Assembly: GCF_003334315.1 (NCBI RefSeq)
Contig: NZ_QOWR01000029.1
Length of the DNA stretch: 52,432 bases
Source of the DNA: Escherichia coli
GTDB taxonomy: Bacteria; Pseudomonadota; Gammaproteobacteria; Enterobacterales; Enterobacteriaceae
Direction: 5' to 3' (one strand)
A model generated the notes under the pieces. It was not told the origin of the DNA and did not search any database. It saw nothing but the letters and a program-made list of their open reading frames with translations. A program made the translations under genes and the position numbers. The number at the start of each line of letters is the position of its first letter. Position 1 is the stretch's first letter. Of the stretch, positions 34,026-46,600 are shown in pieces.

Positions 34026-35636
34026 TCAGGCTGATGCGCGTGACGCCAGCCACTGACGTAATTGTTTTTTATCGACTTTCCCGACCGCCGTCAGCGGAAG
34101 TGAATCCACACACTCCACGCGATCCGGTAATTTAAATTCGGCAATACCCTGTTCACGCAGGAAACGACGCACCTGCACCGCGCGCAGCGGCTCTTTTACC
34201 ACCAGATAAGCACAGCTTTTTTCGCCCATCAGCTCATCTTCCATGCTCACCAGTGCGGCATAGATCACCGCCGGATGGCGCAGCAGCAGGTTTTCGATCT
34301 CTTCGGCAGCGATCTTCTCGCCGCCACGGTTGATCTGATCTTTCTCGCGCCCCTGCACGGTGATGTAACCCTCTGGATCAATAGAGATCAGATCGCCGGA
34401 ACAGTAAAAACCGTTGGCATCAAAGGCACTGGCATTGTGCTGCGGACTTTTGTAATAACCGCGGAAGGTGTACGGCCCGCGCGTCATCAGGCGTCCAACT
34501 TCCCCTTGCGGCAGTGGATTTCCTTCAGCATCAGCAACCCATACTTCATCGTCCGGACACATTGGGTAACCCTGGGTATGGATAATTTTCTCCGCGCTAT
34601 CATCAAGTCGGGTGTAGTTCACCAGCCCTTCCGCCATGCCAAACACCTGCTGCAACAGGCAGCCAATCTCAGCGGGAATACGCGCCGCAAGGGTGGCTGA
34701 AAGACGTGCGCCGCCGACCTGTAACAGTTTCAGCGAGGCAAGCTGCGCCCGGCTTTCACCTTCGGTCAGCGCCTGCAACCACAGGCTGACTGCCGGTGGC
34801 ACCAGCGCGGTGACGTTCACCTGATGTTTTTCAATCAATGGGAAGCAAAGCGTGGCGCTGGGATCGGCCGCCAGAACAACCGTTCCTCCGGCAAGAAAGA
34901 CGCCCAGCGATCCCGGCGAACTCATGGCGTAGTTATGAGCCGCCGGGATCGCGCACAGGTAGCGTGTCTGTTGTGTGAACTGACAAATCTCGACGCTACG
35001 ACGCACGCTGTAGTAGTAGTCGTTATGAGTGCGCGGGATCAGTTTCGGTGTGCCGGTGGTGCCGCCGGAAAGCTGGAAATAGGCCACTTCATCAGCAGGT
35101 GATGGCGTGGCAGTAAAATCCTCAGCCGGATGGTTAATCGCATCCTGCAAGTTATGCTCACCGCTGTCGTTGTGCAGTTGCACCACGCGAATGGAGGAAT
35201 GTTCTGTGACGAAAGTATTGAGGAAATCATCCCCGCTAAACAGCGCATGTTGGCGATCGGCAATCAGCAATGCGGGTTCAATCTGGCTGGCATAGGCGTT
35301 CAGTTCACTACGCTGATGGCTGAACAGCGCCAGCACCGGCGCAACGCCCAGTTTCAGCAGCGCGAAAAAGGTAATATACAATTCAGCGACGTTACCCAGT
35401 TGTACCAGCGCGGTTTCACCAGGTTTAATGCCCTGACGGCGTAAACTACACGCGAGGTTATCCGCCGCCTGATTCAGCTCCCGGTAACTCAACTGTCGCT
35501 CGCCGTCGATAACCGCGATGCTGTCACTCGCAGCGTGGCGAGTCAGAATGTCGGTCAGCGGCAAATCCTGCCAGTAGCCTTTTTCCCGATAGCGACGGGC
35601 AAACTCTTCCGGCCAGCGGGTGAATGGAATGCTCAT
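34026..35636 (-). CDS. entE: 2,3-dihydroxybenzoate-AMP ligase
   Basis: 536-aa adenylate-forming enzyme recognised as EntE. Confidence 0.95.
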   Translation of the reverse strand: MSIPFTRWPEEFARRYREKGYWQDLPLTDILTRHAASDSIAVIDGERQLSYRELNQAADNLACSLRRQGIKPGETALVQLGNVAELYITFFALLKLGVAPVLALFSHQRSELNAYASQIEPALLIADRQHALFSGDDFLNTFVTEHSSIRVVQLHNDSGEHNLQDAINHPAEDFTATPSPADEVAYFQLSGGTTGTPKLIPRTHNDYYYSVRRSVEICQFTQQTRYLCAIPAAHNYAMSSPGSLGVFLAGGTVVLAADPSATLCFPLIEKHQVNVTALVPPAVSLWLQALTEGESRAQLASLKLLQVGGARLSATLAARIPAEIGCLLQQVFGMAEGLVNYTRLDDSAEKIIHTQGYPMCPDDEVWVADAEGNPLPQGEVGRLMTRGPYTFRGYYKSPQHNASAFDANGFYCSGDLISIDPEGYITVQGREKDQINRGGEKIAAEEIENLLLRHPAVIYAALVSMEDELMGEKSCAYLVVKEPLRAVQVRRFLREQGIAEFKLPDRVECVDSLPLTAVGKVDKKQLRQWLASRASA

Positions 35637-35645
35637 CCTCGCTCC

Positions 35646-36821
35646 TTAATGCAATCCAAAAACGTTCAACATGGTAGAAAGTTTGACGCCTGTTTCGCGC
35701 CACTCACCCAACGGTGACGACGCAGGCACAATCCCCGCTCCGGCAAACAGACGCACCTGATTTTCCCGCAGCTTCGCGCAGCGGATGGTCACCACCCATT
35801 CGCCGTTACCTTCGCTGTCACACCAACCCACAATGCCGCCAAACAGTTCGCGGTCGAATGGCTCCAGTTCAGCAATAACCTGGGTCGCGGCCTGATGCGG
35901 GAAACCGCTCAGCGCGGGGGTTGGATGCAGCAGACAGGCCAGAGTCAGTGCGTTTTCTTGCGAATTCGCTTTACCTTCAAAGGGAGTTGCGAGATGCCAC
36001 AGCGTCGGCGTGGTAATCAATTGTGGAGAGGAGGGAACGTGTAACTCACTACTGCGTTCGCGCAGTACCTCTTTCATCGCCTGAGTCACCAGTTCATGTT
36101 CATGGCGATCTTTTTCTGACGCCAGCAGACGATTACCCGCTTCGCGATCGAGCACTTCATCCGGCTGACGACGCGCGGAACCGGCTAACGGAATGGAGCT
36201 AAAACGCTCGCCGTCTTTACGTAGCAGCAGTTCCGGGCTGGCCCCCAGCAGGACGCCACCATCAGCCAGCGGAACATGGAAGTTGTAACTAACCGGGTTT
36301 TGCGCAATCAACCGTTCCAGCAATACGCCACTATCAATGGCGGCGTCAGTGGTGATATCAATCAACCGTGACAACACCACTTTGTCGACCTGCGGCGTGG
36401 CGGTAAGTGCGGCGGCGCGGGCAACCATCTGTTCAAACGTGGTTTGCTCCGGAATTGCCTGGCGTTCCACCACATTCAGCGACTGGCTGCGGGTGAAACG
36501 GCGTGCGGAAGCTTGTTTTTCCTGACGGGAGAACGACTGCCAGGATTCAGGAATATACAGCGACGAAGGCTGACGTGGATCGAAGGGAATCGCCCCGACC
36601 ATCACCGGATTTTTGATGCCCTGCGCTTTGGCATCGGCAAACAGCGCGGCGAGTTTTTGCTGGAAGGGACTGTCGGGCGAATCCCCGTTCACAGCCGGTT
36701 CATCGAAGCGGGCGAAACATCCTGACGTCGTAAAACTGCGGTACGGCGACATAAAGAAAAAGCGATTGGGCGCAAGTGTTGCCATGGTCTGCTGTACTTC
36801 CTCAGCCAGTGACGTATCCAT
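35646..36821 (-). CDS. entC: isochorismate synthase
   Basis: 391-aa product starting [30 protein letters not shown]; track ORF trimmed by 4 codons. Confidence 0.95.
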
Positions 36822-36850
36822 ATCATCCTCCACAAAATGATAAAGGCTTT

Positions 36851-36869
36851 AATAATGATTATCATTTAT
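36851..36869. promoter_or_regulatory. Fur box in the entC / fepB divergent control region
   Basis: aataatgattatcatttat closely matches the Fur consensus GATAATGATAATCATTATC; located about 30 bp upstream of the entC start. Coordinates approximate. Confidence 0.7.
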
Positions 36870-37028
36870 ATTTTCGGTCGCTAACCTAAAAGCAAACGCG
36901 CACTATGTCAACTCTTGAGGTAACGCAATCTGCAACTCGGGGTTGCATCTGGTTGTGGTTACAATGAAAATGAGAAGCATTATTGATGGATTCGCATAAG
37001 CGCAATGTGATGTCCTGCGCCGTTCTGC

Positions 37029-37130
37029 CCCCTCTCCCTTCCAGGGTGAGGGCTGGGGTGAGGGTTAATGTTCGCACCAGTGCTGGCTGTTCCCCTCACC
37101 CTAACCCTCTCCCCAAAGGGGCGAGGGGAC
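37029..37130. repeat. GC-rich intergenic repeat (copy 2, composite): partial forward copy plus full inverted copy, in the fepB 5' region
   Basis: cccctcaccctaaccctctccccaaaggggcgaggggac (about 37092-37130) is the reverse complement of copy 1 with 2-3 mismatches; the preceding ggggtgagggtt block gives a long inverted repeat. Confidence 0.6.
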
Positions 37131-37195
37131 GGATTGTGCGCTTTGTCGAATTTGTCATTACGCCCTTAACCTTATTAATAACAGGAAGCTGATTT

Positions 37196-38152
37196 GTGAG
37201 ACTCGCCCCGCTCTACCGCGACGCCCTTCTATTAACAGGACTTTTGCTTTCAGGAATAGCCGCAGTTCAGGCCGCTGACTGGCCGCGTCAGATTACTGAC
37301 AGCCGTGGCACACATACACTGGAAAGCCAGCCGCAGCGTATTGTTTCCACCAGCGTCACCCTGACCGGCTCACTGCTGGCGATTGATGCTCCGGTGATCG
37401 CCAGCGGCGCGACCACGCCGAATAACCGCGTCGCGGATGACCAGGGCTTTTTACGCCAGTGGAGCAAGGTGGCGAAAGAACGCAAACTGCAACGGCTCTA
37501 TATCGGCGAACCGAGCGCCGAAGCCGTTGCCGCGCAAATGCCGGATCTGATTTTAATTAGCGCAACCGGCGGGGATTCGGCGCTGGCACTGTATGATCAG
37601 CTTTCCACCATCGCCCCGACATTAATCATCAATTACGACGACAAAAGCTGGCAGTCGCTGTTAACGCAACTTGGCGAAATTACCGGGCATGAGAAACAAG
37701 CGGCAGAGCGGATTGCGCAGTTTGATAAGCAACTGGCGGCGGCGAAAGAGCAAATCAAATTACCGCCGCAGCCGGTCACTGCCATTGTCTATACTGCCGC
37801 TGCACACAGTGCCAATCTCTGGACGCCAGAATCAGCACAAGGGCAGATGCTGGAACAACTCGGCTTTACGCTGGCGAAGTTACCCGCAGGGTTAAATGCC
37901 AGCCAAAGTCAGGGTAAACGCCATGACATCATTCAGCTTGGTGGGGAAAATCTGGCTGCAGGGTTAAATGGCGAGTCACTATTCCTGTTCGCCGGTGATC
38001 AGAAAGATGCCGATGCTATTTATGCTAATCCGCTGCTCGCGCACCTGCCTGCAGTACAAAACAAGCAGGTTTATGCGCTGGGAACCGAGACGTTCCGTCT
38101 GGATTACTACAGCGCCATGCAAGTGCAGGATAGGCTTAAGGCGCTGTTTTAA
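37196..38152 (+). CDS. fepB: periplasmic ferric-enterobactin binding protein
   Basis: 318-aa [29 protein letters not shown]... recognised as FepB. Confidence 0.95.
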   Translation: MRLAPLYRDALLLTGLLLSGIAAVQAADWPRQITDSRGTHTLESQPQRIVSTSVTLTGSLLAIDAPVIASGATTPNNRVADDQGFLRQWSKVAKERKLQRLYIGEPSAEAVAAQMPDLILISATGGDSALALYDQLSTIAPTLIINYDDKSWQSLLTQLGEITGHEKQAAERIAQFDKQLAAAKEQIKLPPQPVTAIVYTAAAHSANLWTPESAQGQMLEQLGFTLAKLPAGLNASQSQGKRHDIIQLGGENLAAGLNGESLFLFAGDQKDADAIYANPLLAHLPAVQNKQVYALGTETFRLDYYSAMQVQDRLKALF

Positions 38153-38155
38153 GCA

Positions 38156-39406
38156 TTAACTGTCGGACGCTGTCACCTGCGGCGGCGTCTGGCGAAAATG
38201 TCGCAACTCCACCAGCACCAGCAATAACAACACGCCGATAATCAACAAACCAAAACCGCTCGCGCTTGCGGAAGCAACCGGTGTCATCATCGCGCCCAAA
38301 CCACCCAGCAGCGCCGCGCCTATGGCATCGCCCGTCACGTTCTGCGCCGTCCACAAACCGTTAATCCGCCCTAACATCGCTTCCGGGGTTTGCGTTTGCA
38401 GCATTGTGTATTGCAGCAACGAGCTGACCGCACTCAACCAGCCGAACAGCGCCAGACAAACCACGCCTAAAATCCACATCGGCATCAGGCCAAACAGACC
38501 AATGGCGAGGAACGATCCCAGCGTGGAGAGCAGCATCAATAACCCTGGTCGCGCACTATGTGCCAGCTTCCCGCTGGTTAACGCACCAATAGCCGCGCCG
38601 AGCGGGATCGCCGCGTAGAGAAAACCAATCTGTGCCGCTGACATCTGCCAGTTGTCAGCCAGCGCCGGATACAGTACCCGCACCGCGCTCGCCATCGTCA
38701 ATAAACCACCCAGCAGCGCAATCCCGCCCACCAGCGGGCTGGCAAGCAGAAAACGAAATCCTGCCAGTAATGATTTCAACGGATGCTCACGCGGCTGCGG
38801 TGGCGGTGGCAACGCCGGAAGGCTTAACAACGGTAGCAAGGTAATAAACGTGCCCGCCGCCGCCAGCCCGTAGTTCCAGGCTACGCCACCGGTCGCCAGC
38901 AATAAACCGCCAATCATGGGCGAAATCACCGACCCCAGACGCACGGTCAACATGGTGATCGCCCCGGCCTGCATTAAGTTTTCACGCCCTACCAGTGCTG
39001 GTGTCGCCGCCAATAGCGCCGTAACGCCAAGCGATGCGAAAAAACCATCCCATAAACCAAGTAAATAGATTGCCAGCAATGACGGCTCCGGCAGCAGTGC
39101 ATTAAGGCACAGTCCAATGAAGCCAATGCCACAGGTGCCGCGCGCCAGCAAAATCACTTTTTTGCGCTCATAGCGATCCGCCAGCACACCGCCGACCATC
39201 AGGCCAACAAACATCGCGCCGCCGGTCAGCGTCACCGAAAGCCCCACCTGCCAGGTGGAATGTGTCATCATCTGGATCTGCACCGGCACCGCGACGCCGA
39301 GCAAACCCAGAGACACAATTGAGATGAAACGAGCGAGGAATACTGCGCGAAACGCCGGGTGCGTTTTCAACAGGCTGAGGTTAAGCAGCCAGGATTGTTT
39401 ATTCAT
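38156..39406 (-). CDS. entS: enterobactin exporter (MFS)
   Basis: 416-aa MFS transporter ORF recognised as EntS (YbdA). Confidence 0.93.
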   Translation of the reverse strand: MNKQSWLLNLSLLKTHPAFRAVFLARFISIVSLGLLGVAVPVQIQMMTHSTWQVGLSVTLTGGAMFVGLMVGGVLADRYERKKVILLARGTCGIGFIGLCLNALLPEPSLLAIYLLGLWDGFFASLGVTALLAATPALVGRENLMQAGAITMLTVRLGSVISPMIGGLLLATGGVAWNYGLAAAGTFITLLPLLSLPALPPPPQPREHPLKSLLAGFRFLLASPLVGGIALLGGLLTMASAVRVLYPALADNWQMSAAQIGFLYAAIPLGAAIGALTSGKLAHSARPGLLMLLSTLGSFLAIGLFGLMPMWILGVVCLALFGWLSAVSSLLQYTMLQTQTPEAMLGRINGLWTAQNVTGDAIGAALLGGLGAMMTPVASASASGFGLLIIGVLLLLVLVELRHFRQTPPQVTASDS

Positions 39407-39477
39407 TACAATGCCTTGCCATCAAATATTTTAAATACCTATTCTTAGGCTGCACATGCTAACATATCCAAATAAGA

Positions 39478-39504
39478 TCGATAACGATAATTAATTTCAT
39501 TATC
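39478..39504. promoter_or_regulatory. Fur box in the entS / fepD divergent control region
   Basis: gataacgataattaatttcattatc contains tandem GATAAT-like hexamers. Coordinates approximate. Confidence 0.6.
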
Positions 39505-39516
39505 ATGGAAGTTCGT

Positions 39517-40521
39517 ATGTCTGGTTCTGTTGCCGTGACACGCGCCATTGCCGTGCCCGGATTGCTGTTATTACTGATTATCGCGACGGCATTAAGCCTG
39601 CTCATTGGGGCAAAATCACTCCCCGCTTCCGTAGTGCTGGAGGCCTTCTCCGGCACCTGCCAGAGCGCCGACTGCACCATCGTGCTCGACGCGCGGCTGC
39701 CGCGTACCCTTGCCGGTTTACTGGCAGGCGGCGCGCTTGGCCTTGCCGGGGCGTTAATGCAAACCCTCACCCGAAACCCACTTGCCGACCCCGGCTTGCT
39801 TGGCGTGAACGCCGGAGCCAGCTTTGCCATTGTGCTGGGTGCGGCGCTGTTTGGTTACTCTTCCGCGCAGGAACAACTGGCGATGGCCTTCGCCGGGGCG
39901 CTGGTGGCCTCATTGATTGTTGCCTTTACCGGCAGTCAGGGCGGCGGGCAGTTAAGTCCGGTGCGTTTAACCCTGGCGGGCGTGGCGCTGGCGGCGGTGC
40001 TGGAAGGACTGACCAGCGGCATCGCCCTGCTTAATCCTGACGTCTACGATCAGTTGCGTTTCTGGCAAGCCGGTTCGCTGGATATTCGCAATCTACATAC
40101 CTTAAAAGTGGTGCTGATCCCGGTGCTGATCGCCGGAGCAACTGCGCTATTACTGAGTCGCGCGCTGAACAGTTTGAGCCTCGGCAGCGACACCGCGACG
40201 GCGCTGGGCAGTCGCGTGGCGCGCACACAGTTGATTGGTCTGCTGGCGATTACCGTGCTTTGTGGTAGTGCGACGGCAATAGTTGGCCCGATTGCCTTTA
40301 TTGGCCTGATGATGCCGCATATGGCGCGTTGGCTGGTGGGTGCCGATCATCGCTGGTCGCTGCCCGTCACGCTACTTGCTACCCCTGCCCTGCTGCTGTT
40401 TGCCGATATCATCGGGCGGGTGATTGTGCCCGGCGAACTGCGCGTTTCTGTGGTCAGTGCGTTTATTGGTGCACCGGTGCTGATCTTCCTCGTGCGACGT
40501 AAAACGCGAGGTGGTGCATGA
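39517..40521 (+). CDS. fepD: ferric-enterobactin ABC transporter permease
   Basis: 334-aa product starting MSGSVAVTRAIAVPGLLLLL...; track ORF trimmed by 4 codons. Confidence 0.93.
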   Translation: MSGSVAVTRAIAVPGLLLLLIIATALSLLIGAKSLPASVVLEAFSGTCQSADCTIVLDARLPRTLAGLLAGGALGLAGALMQTLTRNPLADPGLLGVNAGASFAIVLGAALFGYSSAQEQLAMAFAGALVASLIVAFTGSQGGGQLSPVRLTLAGVALAAVLEGLTSGIALLNPDVYDQLRFWQAGSLDIRNLHTLKVVLIPVLIAGATALLLSRALNSLSLGSDTATALGSRVARTQLIGLLAITVLCGSATAIVGPIAFIGLMMPHMARWLVGADHRWSLPVTLLATPALLLFADIIGRVIVPGELRVSVVSAFIGAPVLIFLVRRKTRGGA

Positions 40522-41510
40522 TTTACGTCTCTCGCCGATTACTCATCACCTGTTTGCTGCTGGTTTCCGCCTGTGTGGTTGCAGGTATCTGGGGATTACG
40601 CAGCGGTGCCGTCACGCTGGAAACCTCGCAGGTATTCGCCGCGCTGATGGGCGATGCGCCGCGCAGTATGACGATGGTGGTCACCGAATGGCGTTTACCA
40701 CGCGTGCTGATGGCGCTGTTGATTGGCGCAGCACTGGGCGTCAGTGGCGCGATTTTTCAGTCGCTGATGCGTAACCCGCTCGGCAGCCCTGACGTAATGG
40801 GCTTTAACACCGGGGCGTGGAGCGGCGTGCTGGTGGCGATGGTGCTGTTTGGTCAGGACCTGACGGCTATCGCGCTGTCAGCAATGGTGGGCGGCATTGT
40901 CACTTCGCTGCTGGTCTGGCTGCTCGCCTGGCGCAACGGCATCGACACCTTTCGGTTGATTATTATCGGTATCGGCGTTCGCGCCATGCTGGTGGCCTTT
41001 AATACCTGGCTGTTGCTGAAAGCGTCTTTAGAAACGGCGCTAACAGCAGGTTTGTGGAATGCCGGATCGCTCAACGGCCTGACGTGGGCAAAAACCTCGC
41101 CTTCCGCACCCATCATTATATTGATGCTCATTGCCGCCGCCTTACTGGTACGCCGGATGCGCTTGCTGGAAATGGGCGATGATACCGCGTGTGCGCTGGG
41201 CGTCAGCGTCGAACGTTCGCGTCTGTTAATGATGCTGGTTGCAGTGGTGCTTACCGCTGCGGCAACAGCGCTTGCCGGGCCGATTTCCTTTATTGCTTTA
41301 GTCGCACCGCACATTGCCCGACGCATTAGCGGCACCGCTCGCTGGGGGCTAACCCAGGCGGCGCTATGCGGGGCGCTGTTACTGCTGGCGGCCGATCTCT
41401 GCGCCCAACAACTGTTTATGCCGTATCAACTTCCGGTTGGCGTCGTTACCGTCAGCCTCGGCGGTATTTACCTTATCGTCTTGTTAATTCAGGAGTCTCG
41501 CAAAAAATGA
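40518..41510 (+). CDS. fepG: ferric-enterobactin ABC transporter permease
   Basis: 330-aa FecCD-family permease; start overlaps the fepD stop (ATGA). Confidence 0.93.
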   Translation: MIYVSRRLLITCLLLVSACVVAGIWGLRSGAVTLETSQVFAALMGDAPRSMTMVVTEWRLPRVLMALLIGAALGVSGAIFQSLMRNPLGSPDVMGFNTGAWSGVLVAMVLFGQDLTAIALSAMVGGIVTSLLVWLLAWRNGIDTFRLIIIGIGVRAMLVAFNTWLLLKASLETALTAGLWNAGSLNGLTWAKTSPSAPIIILMLIAAALLVRRMRLLEMGDDTACALGVSVERSRLLMMLVAVVLTAAATALAGPISFIALVAPHIARRISGTARWGLTQAALCGALLLLAADLCAQQLFMPYQLPVGVVTVSLGGIYLIVLLIQESRKK

Positions 41511-42322
41511 CCGAATCAGTAGCCCGTTTGCGCGGCGAACAGTTAACCCTGGGATATGGCAAATATACCGTTGCGGAAAATCTGACTGTAGAAATACCTG
41601 ATGGTCACTTCACGGCAATTATCGGGCCAAATGGCTGCGGTAAATCCACGTTACTGCGTACCTTAAGCCGCCTGATGACGCCTGCTCATGGGCATGTCTG
41701 GCTGGATGGCGAGCACATTCAACATTACGCCAGTAAAGAGGTTGCACGCCGGATTGGTCTGTTGGCGCAAAATGCTACCACGCCGGGCGATATCACCGTG
41801 CAGGAGCTGGTGGCGCGTGGACGTTATCCGCATCAACCGCTGTTTACCCGCTGGCGCAAAGAGGATGAAGAAGCGGTAACGAAAGCAATGCAGGCCACGG
41901 GAATAACTCATCTGGCAGATCAAAGCGTGGATACCCTTTCTGGCGGACAACGCCAGCGAGCGTGGATCGCGATGGTGCTGGCCCAGGAAACGGCAATTAT
42001 GCTGCTCGACGAACCCACGACCTGGCTGGATATCAGTCATCAGATTGATTTGCTGGAGTTGTTAAGCGAACTGAACCGCGAAAAAGGCTATACCCTGGCG
42101 GCGGTGCTGCACGATCTTAATCAGGCCTGTCGTTACGCCAGCCATTTGATTGCATTGCGGGAAGGGAAAATTGTTGCTCAGGGAGCGCCGAAGGAGATTG
42201 TCACTGCTGAACTGATTGAGCGCATTTATGGTCTGCGCTGCATGATCATTGACGATCCAGTTGCCGGAACGCCGCTTGTGGTGCCGCTCGGACGAACGGC
42301 ACCTTCAACCGCAAATAGTTAA
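41507..42322 (+). CDS. fepC: ferric-enterobactin ABC transporter ATP-binding protein
   Basis: 271-aa product starting MTESVARLRGEQLTLGYGK with Walker A GPNGCGKST; track ORF has a 47-codon upstream extension overlapping fepG, which I trimmed. Confidence 0.93.
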   Translation: MTESVARLRGEQLTLGYGKYTVAENLTVEIPDGHFTAIIGPNGCGKSTLLRTLSRLMTPAHGHVWLDGEHIQHYASKEVARRIGLLAQNATTPGDITVQELVARGRYPHQPLFTRWRKEDEEAVTKAMQATGITHLADQSVDTLSGGQRQRAWIAMVLAQETAIMLLDEPTTWLDISHQIDLLELLSELNREKGYTLAAVLHDLNQACRYASHLIALREGKIVAQGAPKEIVTAELIERIYGLRCMIIDDPVAGTPLVVPLGRTAPSTANS

Positions 42323-43452
42323 ACTAAGTGGTCTGCCATCATGGCATCCTGTTTTCTGGATGCCATCGCATAGCGCAACAGCACGCCACCACAAGCCACC
42401 ATCCCGCCGATCAACGCGGAAAGGATCACAATAATCGCCTTACCCGGACCGTCTTTTTTCACTGGCAATGACGGGCTTAACTGATATTTAAACGGCGTAA
42501 AATTCACATCGTTGACATGTGCTTTTGTTAATTGCTCGACAAGATACTGCCGATTACGTAATTCACCGTTCAGTTCCGCAACGTCAGTGACCGCTTTTTC
42601 TATTTCCAGTTTGCGTTCAATACCGTCTGCACCGAGAGAAATAGAAAAATCGAGGTCATCTTTAACGGCCTGACCATTACTGTAAACGGGCTTTTTAATT
42701 CCTGCCGCGTTGGCAATGTCGAGTGAATAATTGAGGCGCTGAATGTTTGCATCAAGTTGATTTTTCGTTTTAATGCGATCCTGAGCCAGTTTTTCTTTTT
42801 CAAACTGGGTTTTGATCTCCAGTTTATTACGGACGTTTTCTAGCGACTCTTTCACCACCAACGTAGAGATATAATCGATATACCCGCTCAAAACGGTCTG
42901 CGCCTCTTCACTGGTTGGCGCGGTAAAACTTAGCGTCCAGGAGGTATACAGTGACGGTTCATCTTTTTTCTTACTGGCATTGTCATCAACCGCTTTCATT
43001 TTTTCGCTCAATGCGACAATTGCGCGATGCAAATCCAGTTCGTCGATTTTCGCCTCTTTTAATTGGTCCATCACATAAGGTGATGAACGCAGGTACTCTT
43101 CCAGCAAGCTAACCGACTGAAACTTCTTGATAAACAGGTTAAATGCTTCTGTACGATCAATTTTGATATCCAGATCCAGCACACGAAGCTTAGTGAATGA
43201 TTTCTCCAACTCTTGCCACTGAACAGGTTCTGGAGGCGTGACAACCGCCGCGCTGGTCCATTTTTGCGGCAGGATGAAAGAGATCAGCAAGCCTGCGCAG
43301 GCAAACGCAAAAACGACCGCCATGACCGTTTTTTTGGCCCGCCATAAAACTGAGATTAGATTAAGTAAATCAATTTCATTATTACTGGGCGACGCCAGAG
43401 GATAATCGGGAAAATGAGCGTCACTTCCCTGTTTAATATTCAGTGATGACAT
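42319..43452 (-). CDS. fepE: polysaccharide co-polymerase (Wzz-family) FepE
   Basis: 377-aa ORF with N- and C-terminal transmembrane segments and a coiled-coil periplasmic domain; recognised as FepE. Confidence 0.9.
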   Translation of the reverse strand: MSSLNIKQGSDAHFPDYPLASPSNNEIDLLNLISVLWRAKKTVMAVVFAFACAGLLISFILPQKWTSAAVVTPPEPVQWQELEKSFTKLRVLDLDIKIDRTEAFNLFIKKFQSVSLLEEYLRSSPYVMDQLKEAKIDELDLHRAIVALSEKMKAVDDNASKKKDEPSLYTSWTLSFTAPTSEEAQTVLSGYIDYISTLVVKESLENVRNKLEIKTQFEKEKLAQDRIKTKNQLDANIQRLNYSLDIANAAGIKKPVYSNGQAVKDDLDFSISLGADGIERKLEIEKAVTDVAELNGELRNRQYLVEQLTKAHVNDVNFTPFKYQLSPSLPVKKDGPGKAIIVILSALIGGMVACGGVLLRYAMASRKQDAMMADHLV

Positions 43453-43609
43453 GGGGTATAACCTGAAAATGAGTCCAATAGGGGGAAATCTCCACGGCGC
43501 TCACTTTACCAGTTGGTGATAATTATCCGAAGCTGAAGTTTGTAAATTCCTTCCACTGAATGCAACATTCACTCTATTTAAGAGAAATATTCATCAAACC
43601 TATAAATCA

Positions 43610-43652
43610 AACAAATAAAAAACCCATAATTATTTTCTGTAATTATGGGTTT
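43610..43652 (-). terminator. rho-independent terminator downstream of entF (minus strand), before fepE
   Basis: Minus-strand reading gives acccataattacagaaaataattatgggt hairpin followed by tttttatttg. Coordinates approximate. Confidence 0.65.
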
Positions 43653-43667
43653 ATAAATAATATTAAT

Positions 43668-46600
43668 TTACCTGTTTAGCGTTGCGCGAATAATCGGCCC
43701 AATTTTTTCAAACGTCCCTGGAGAGATAATATCCACATGCGCACAATCCTGACGATAGATATCCAGCTCCGCTATCCACGGCGACCAGGCGCGTTCGGGA
43801 CTCATACCTTCCTGAAGTGTGCGTTCAGCAACAAACAGCGTCGCTTTACCGTCAAACGGTACGCTATGAGCAGTCGTCAGCAGGCGCACAGCATCAGCGT
43901 AGTTGCCTTCAATGGTGGTAAACAACTCCGTTGAAGTACTTCCCTGCTGTGCTGCCAGGAAGGCCTCGCGTTCGCGGTTAATCTCCGCCAGCACTTCCGG
44001 GTCCAGACCATTAGCTTCTTTTTCCTGCCAGTTTTGCGTTTCTGGCGGCCAGGTATCCAGCAAGCCAAGAAATGCCACCTGTTCGCCACGGGCACGCAGT
44101 CGCGCCGCAATACCCTGCGCCAGCGTACCGCCAAGGGAATACCCCAGCAGGTAATAAGGGCCATGCGGTTGTTGTTCAAGTAACGTTGCCAGATGCGCTT
44201 CGCAGACTTCATCCAGGTTTGCCGCCGTCTGCATGGGGCCATTGGGGCGCGGTGACTGAATGCCGATAATCGACCATTGTGGATCGAGATAACGCGAGAG
44301 CACGCTGAACTGCCAGGCAAAACCGGACGCAGGATGGAAACAAAACAGCGTCGGGCCATTACCTTCACGCAACAGCAGAATGGTTTCGAATCCCATACGC
44401 CGGGTGCTGTCTTCTTCAGCATCAATAATCGTTGCCAGTTTGGCGACAGTTGACGCGACCATCACTTGCCCCGGCGTCACCTGGCGGGCAACCTGCCGAC
44501 TTAACTGCGCTGCCAGTTTCATTGCCAGTAGCGAATGACCGCCAAGCGCGAAGAAATCAGCATCGGCATCCTGCACGTCACACCCCAGCAACGACGAGAA
44601 TGCCGCGGCGATAATCGTTTCACTGCCCGCTTTCGGCGCACGCCCTGGCGCTTGTGCCTTCAGTTCAGGCAACGGTAAGGCTTTGCGATCCAGCTTGCCG
44701 TTGGCGCTAAGTGGTAACTGTGGAAGTTGCAGCAGAACCACCGGTACCATATGTGGTGGCAATGTTTCACGAAGCTGCGCCTGCAATGCGCTGGTATCCA
44801 ACGGCAGGCCCGATTGCGACACCAGATAGCCCACCAATTGACGCGCATCACCACCGGTGGCAGCCGCCTGGTTAATCACACAGGCGTGGGTAACGGCTTG
44901 TTCGACATCCGGCAGCGCCTGCATCACGCGATCGATTTCGCCCAGTTCGATACGCTGCCCGCGAATTTTTAGCTGATCATCACTGCGCCCGAGGTACTCC
45001 ACCGCGCCGTTATCCAGCCAGCGGGCAACGTCTCCGGTACGGTACATCCGTTCACCTGGGGCAAAAGGATCGGCAATAAAGCGGCTGGCGGTCAGATCGG
45101 GGCGTCCGAGATAGCCCTGCGCCAGTTGAATGCCAGTGAGATAGAGATCACCCGCCACACCCGGCGGCACCGGATGCATCATCGCATCAAGAATACGCAG
45201 ACCCGTATTCCATACCGGATAACCAATCGGCACACTGCTGCCGCGCACCTGTGCCAGTTCCTCGCCAAAAGCCGGATACCAGCTGACATCTACCGCCGCT
45301 TCCGTCGGGCCATATAGATTATGCAACGGCGCGCCAGTTAACTGTTGCCATTCGCGGCATAAATCAGCCGGTAAGGCCTCACCACTACAGAAAACCTGTT
45401 TCAACGTCGCGCAACTCTGGCGAGCGGTTTGCGGCGTCAGCGAGGCAACAAATGCCGCCAGCATCGACGGCACAAAGTGCGTGGTCGTTACGCCATATTC
45501 GGCAAAGAATTGCTGCATAGCGAGCGGGTCGCGGTGCGCTTCCGGTTCAGCCATCACCAGTTTTGCCCCTGCGATAAACGGCCAGAAAAACTCCCACACC
45601 GAGACATCAAAACTGCACGGCGTTTTTTGGGCAACGACATCTTCGCCTGTAAGCGGATAATGATTTTGCATCCAAAGCAGGCGGTTGACGATAGCCGTCT
45701 GCCCGACCATTACCCCTTTCGGCCTGCCGGTGGAGCCAGAGGTAAAGATGATATAAGCCGTGTGATGCGGTTGTGAAAGTTGCAGCGGCGCACTGCCCTG
45801 CGGTGTAAGCGGGGCGTTATAGCAAAGGCTTGTTAAATTGGGAACATCGCTAAAGCGCGGCAGTTGATCGTCGGTGGTAATTAACAGCGACGGACGCGCA
45901 TCTTCCAGCATCATTTTCAGGCGATCGTCCGGATAGCCGGTATCCAGCGGTAGCCAGGCCGCTCCAGCTTCAACTATCGCATGGAGTGCCAGGGTCAAAA
46001 AGACCGAGCGCGGTAGTGCCACCGCCACGCTGTCCCCTGGTTTAACGCCGCGCTCACGCAGCAGATTCGCCAGCGCCACCACCTGCTCGCGCATTTCCCG
46101 ATAGCTGAACAGGTAACGCGCATCTGCCAGCGCCGGAGCATCCGGTGTTTTTGCCGCTTGTTCTGCCACCAGCGCGCTAAGCGTGGTTTCTGGAATCTCA
46201 ACCTGAGTGGCGTTGAGCTGCGCCAGCTGCGCATACTCACCTGGCAGCATAATATCGACATCGCCGCACAACAGCGCCGGATCCGCGGCGAACTGGGCAA
46301 TCAGCATTTTCAGGCGTTCAGCATGCTGGATTAACGTTGGCTCATCGTAACGCTGTTTATTGGCGAGGATCTCAATACTCAAATCACCGTGTACATCCGG
46401 GAACAGGGCCAGTTCAAGGTCATTAACCGGACCGGTTGCCAGGGTATGGGTTTGCGCCTGAACATCAGGAATATCCAGTTGGTAATCAAATACCTTGATA
46501 TTGAGTACCGGACCAAACAGCGGTTCATCACCTGCCGCTCGCCCGCTGTCACGGACAATTTGTTCGGCATCGTAACGTTGATGACGACGCATTTTTTTCA

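Noticed and set aside
36983-37192. ORFs spanning the GC-rich repeats (36983-37192 here, and 29507-29704)
   Set aside because: Translations such as ...PLPSRVRAGVRVNVRTSAGCSPHPNPLPKGARG... are produced by the repeat itself and recur wherever the repeat occurs; there is no coding signature.
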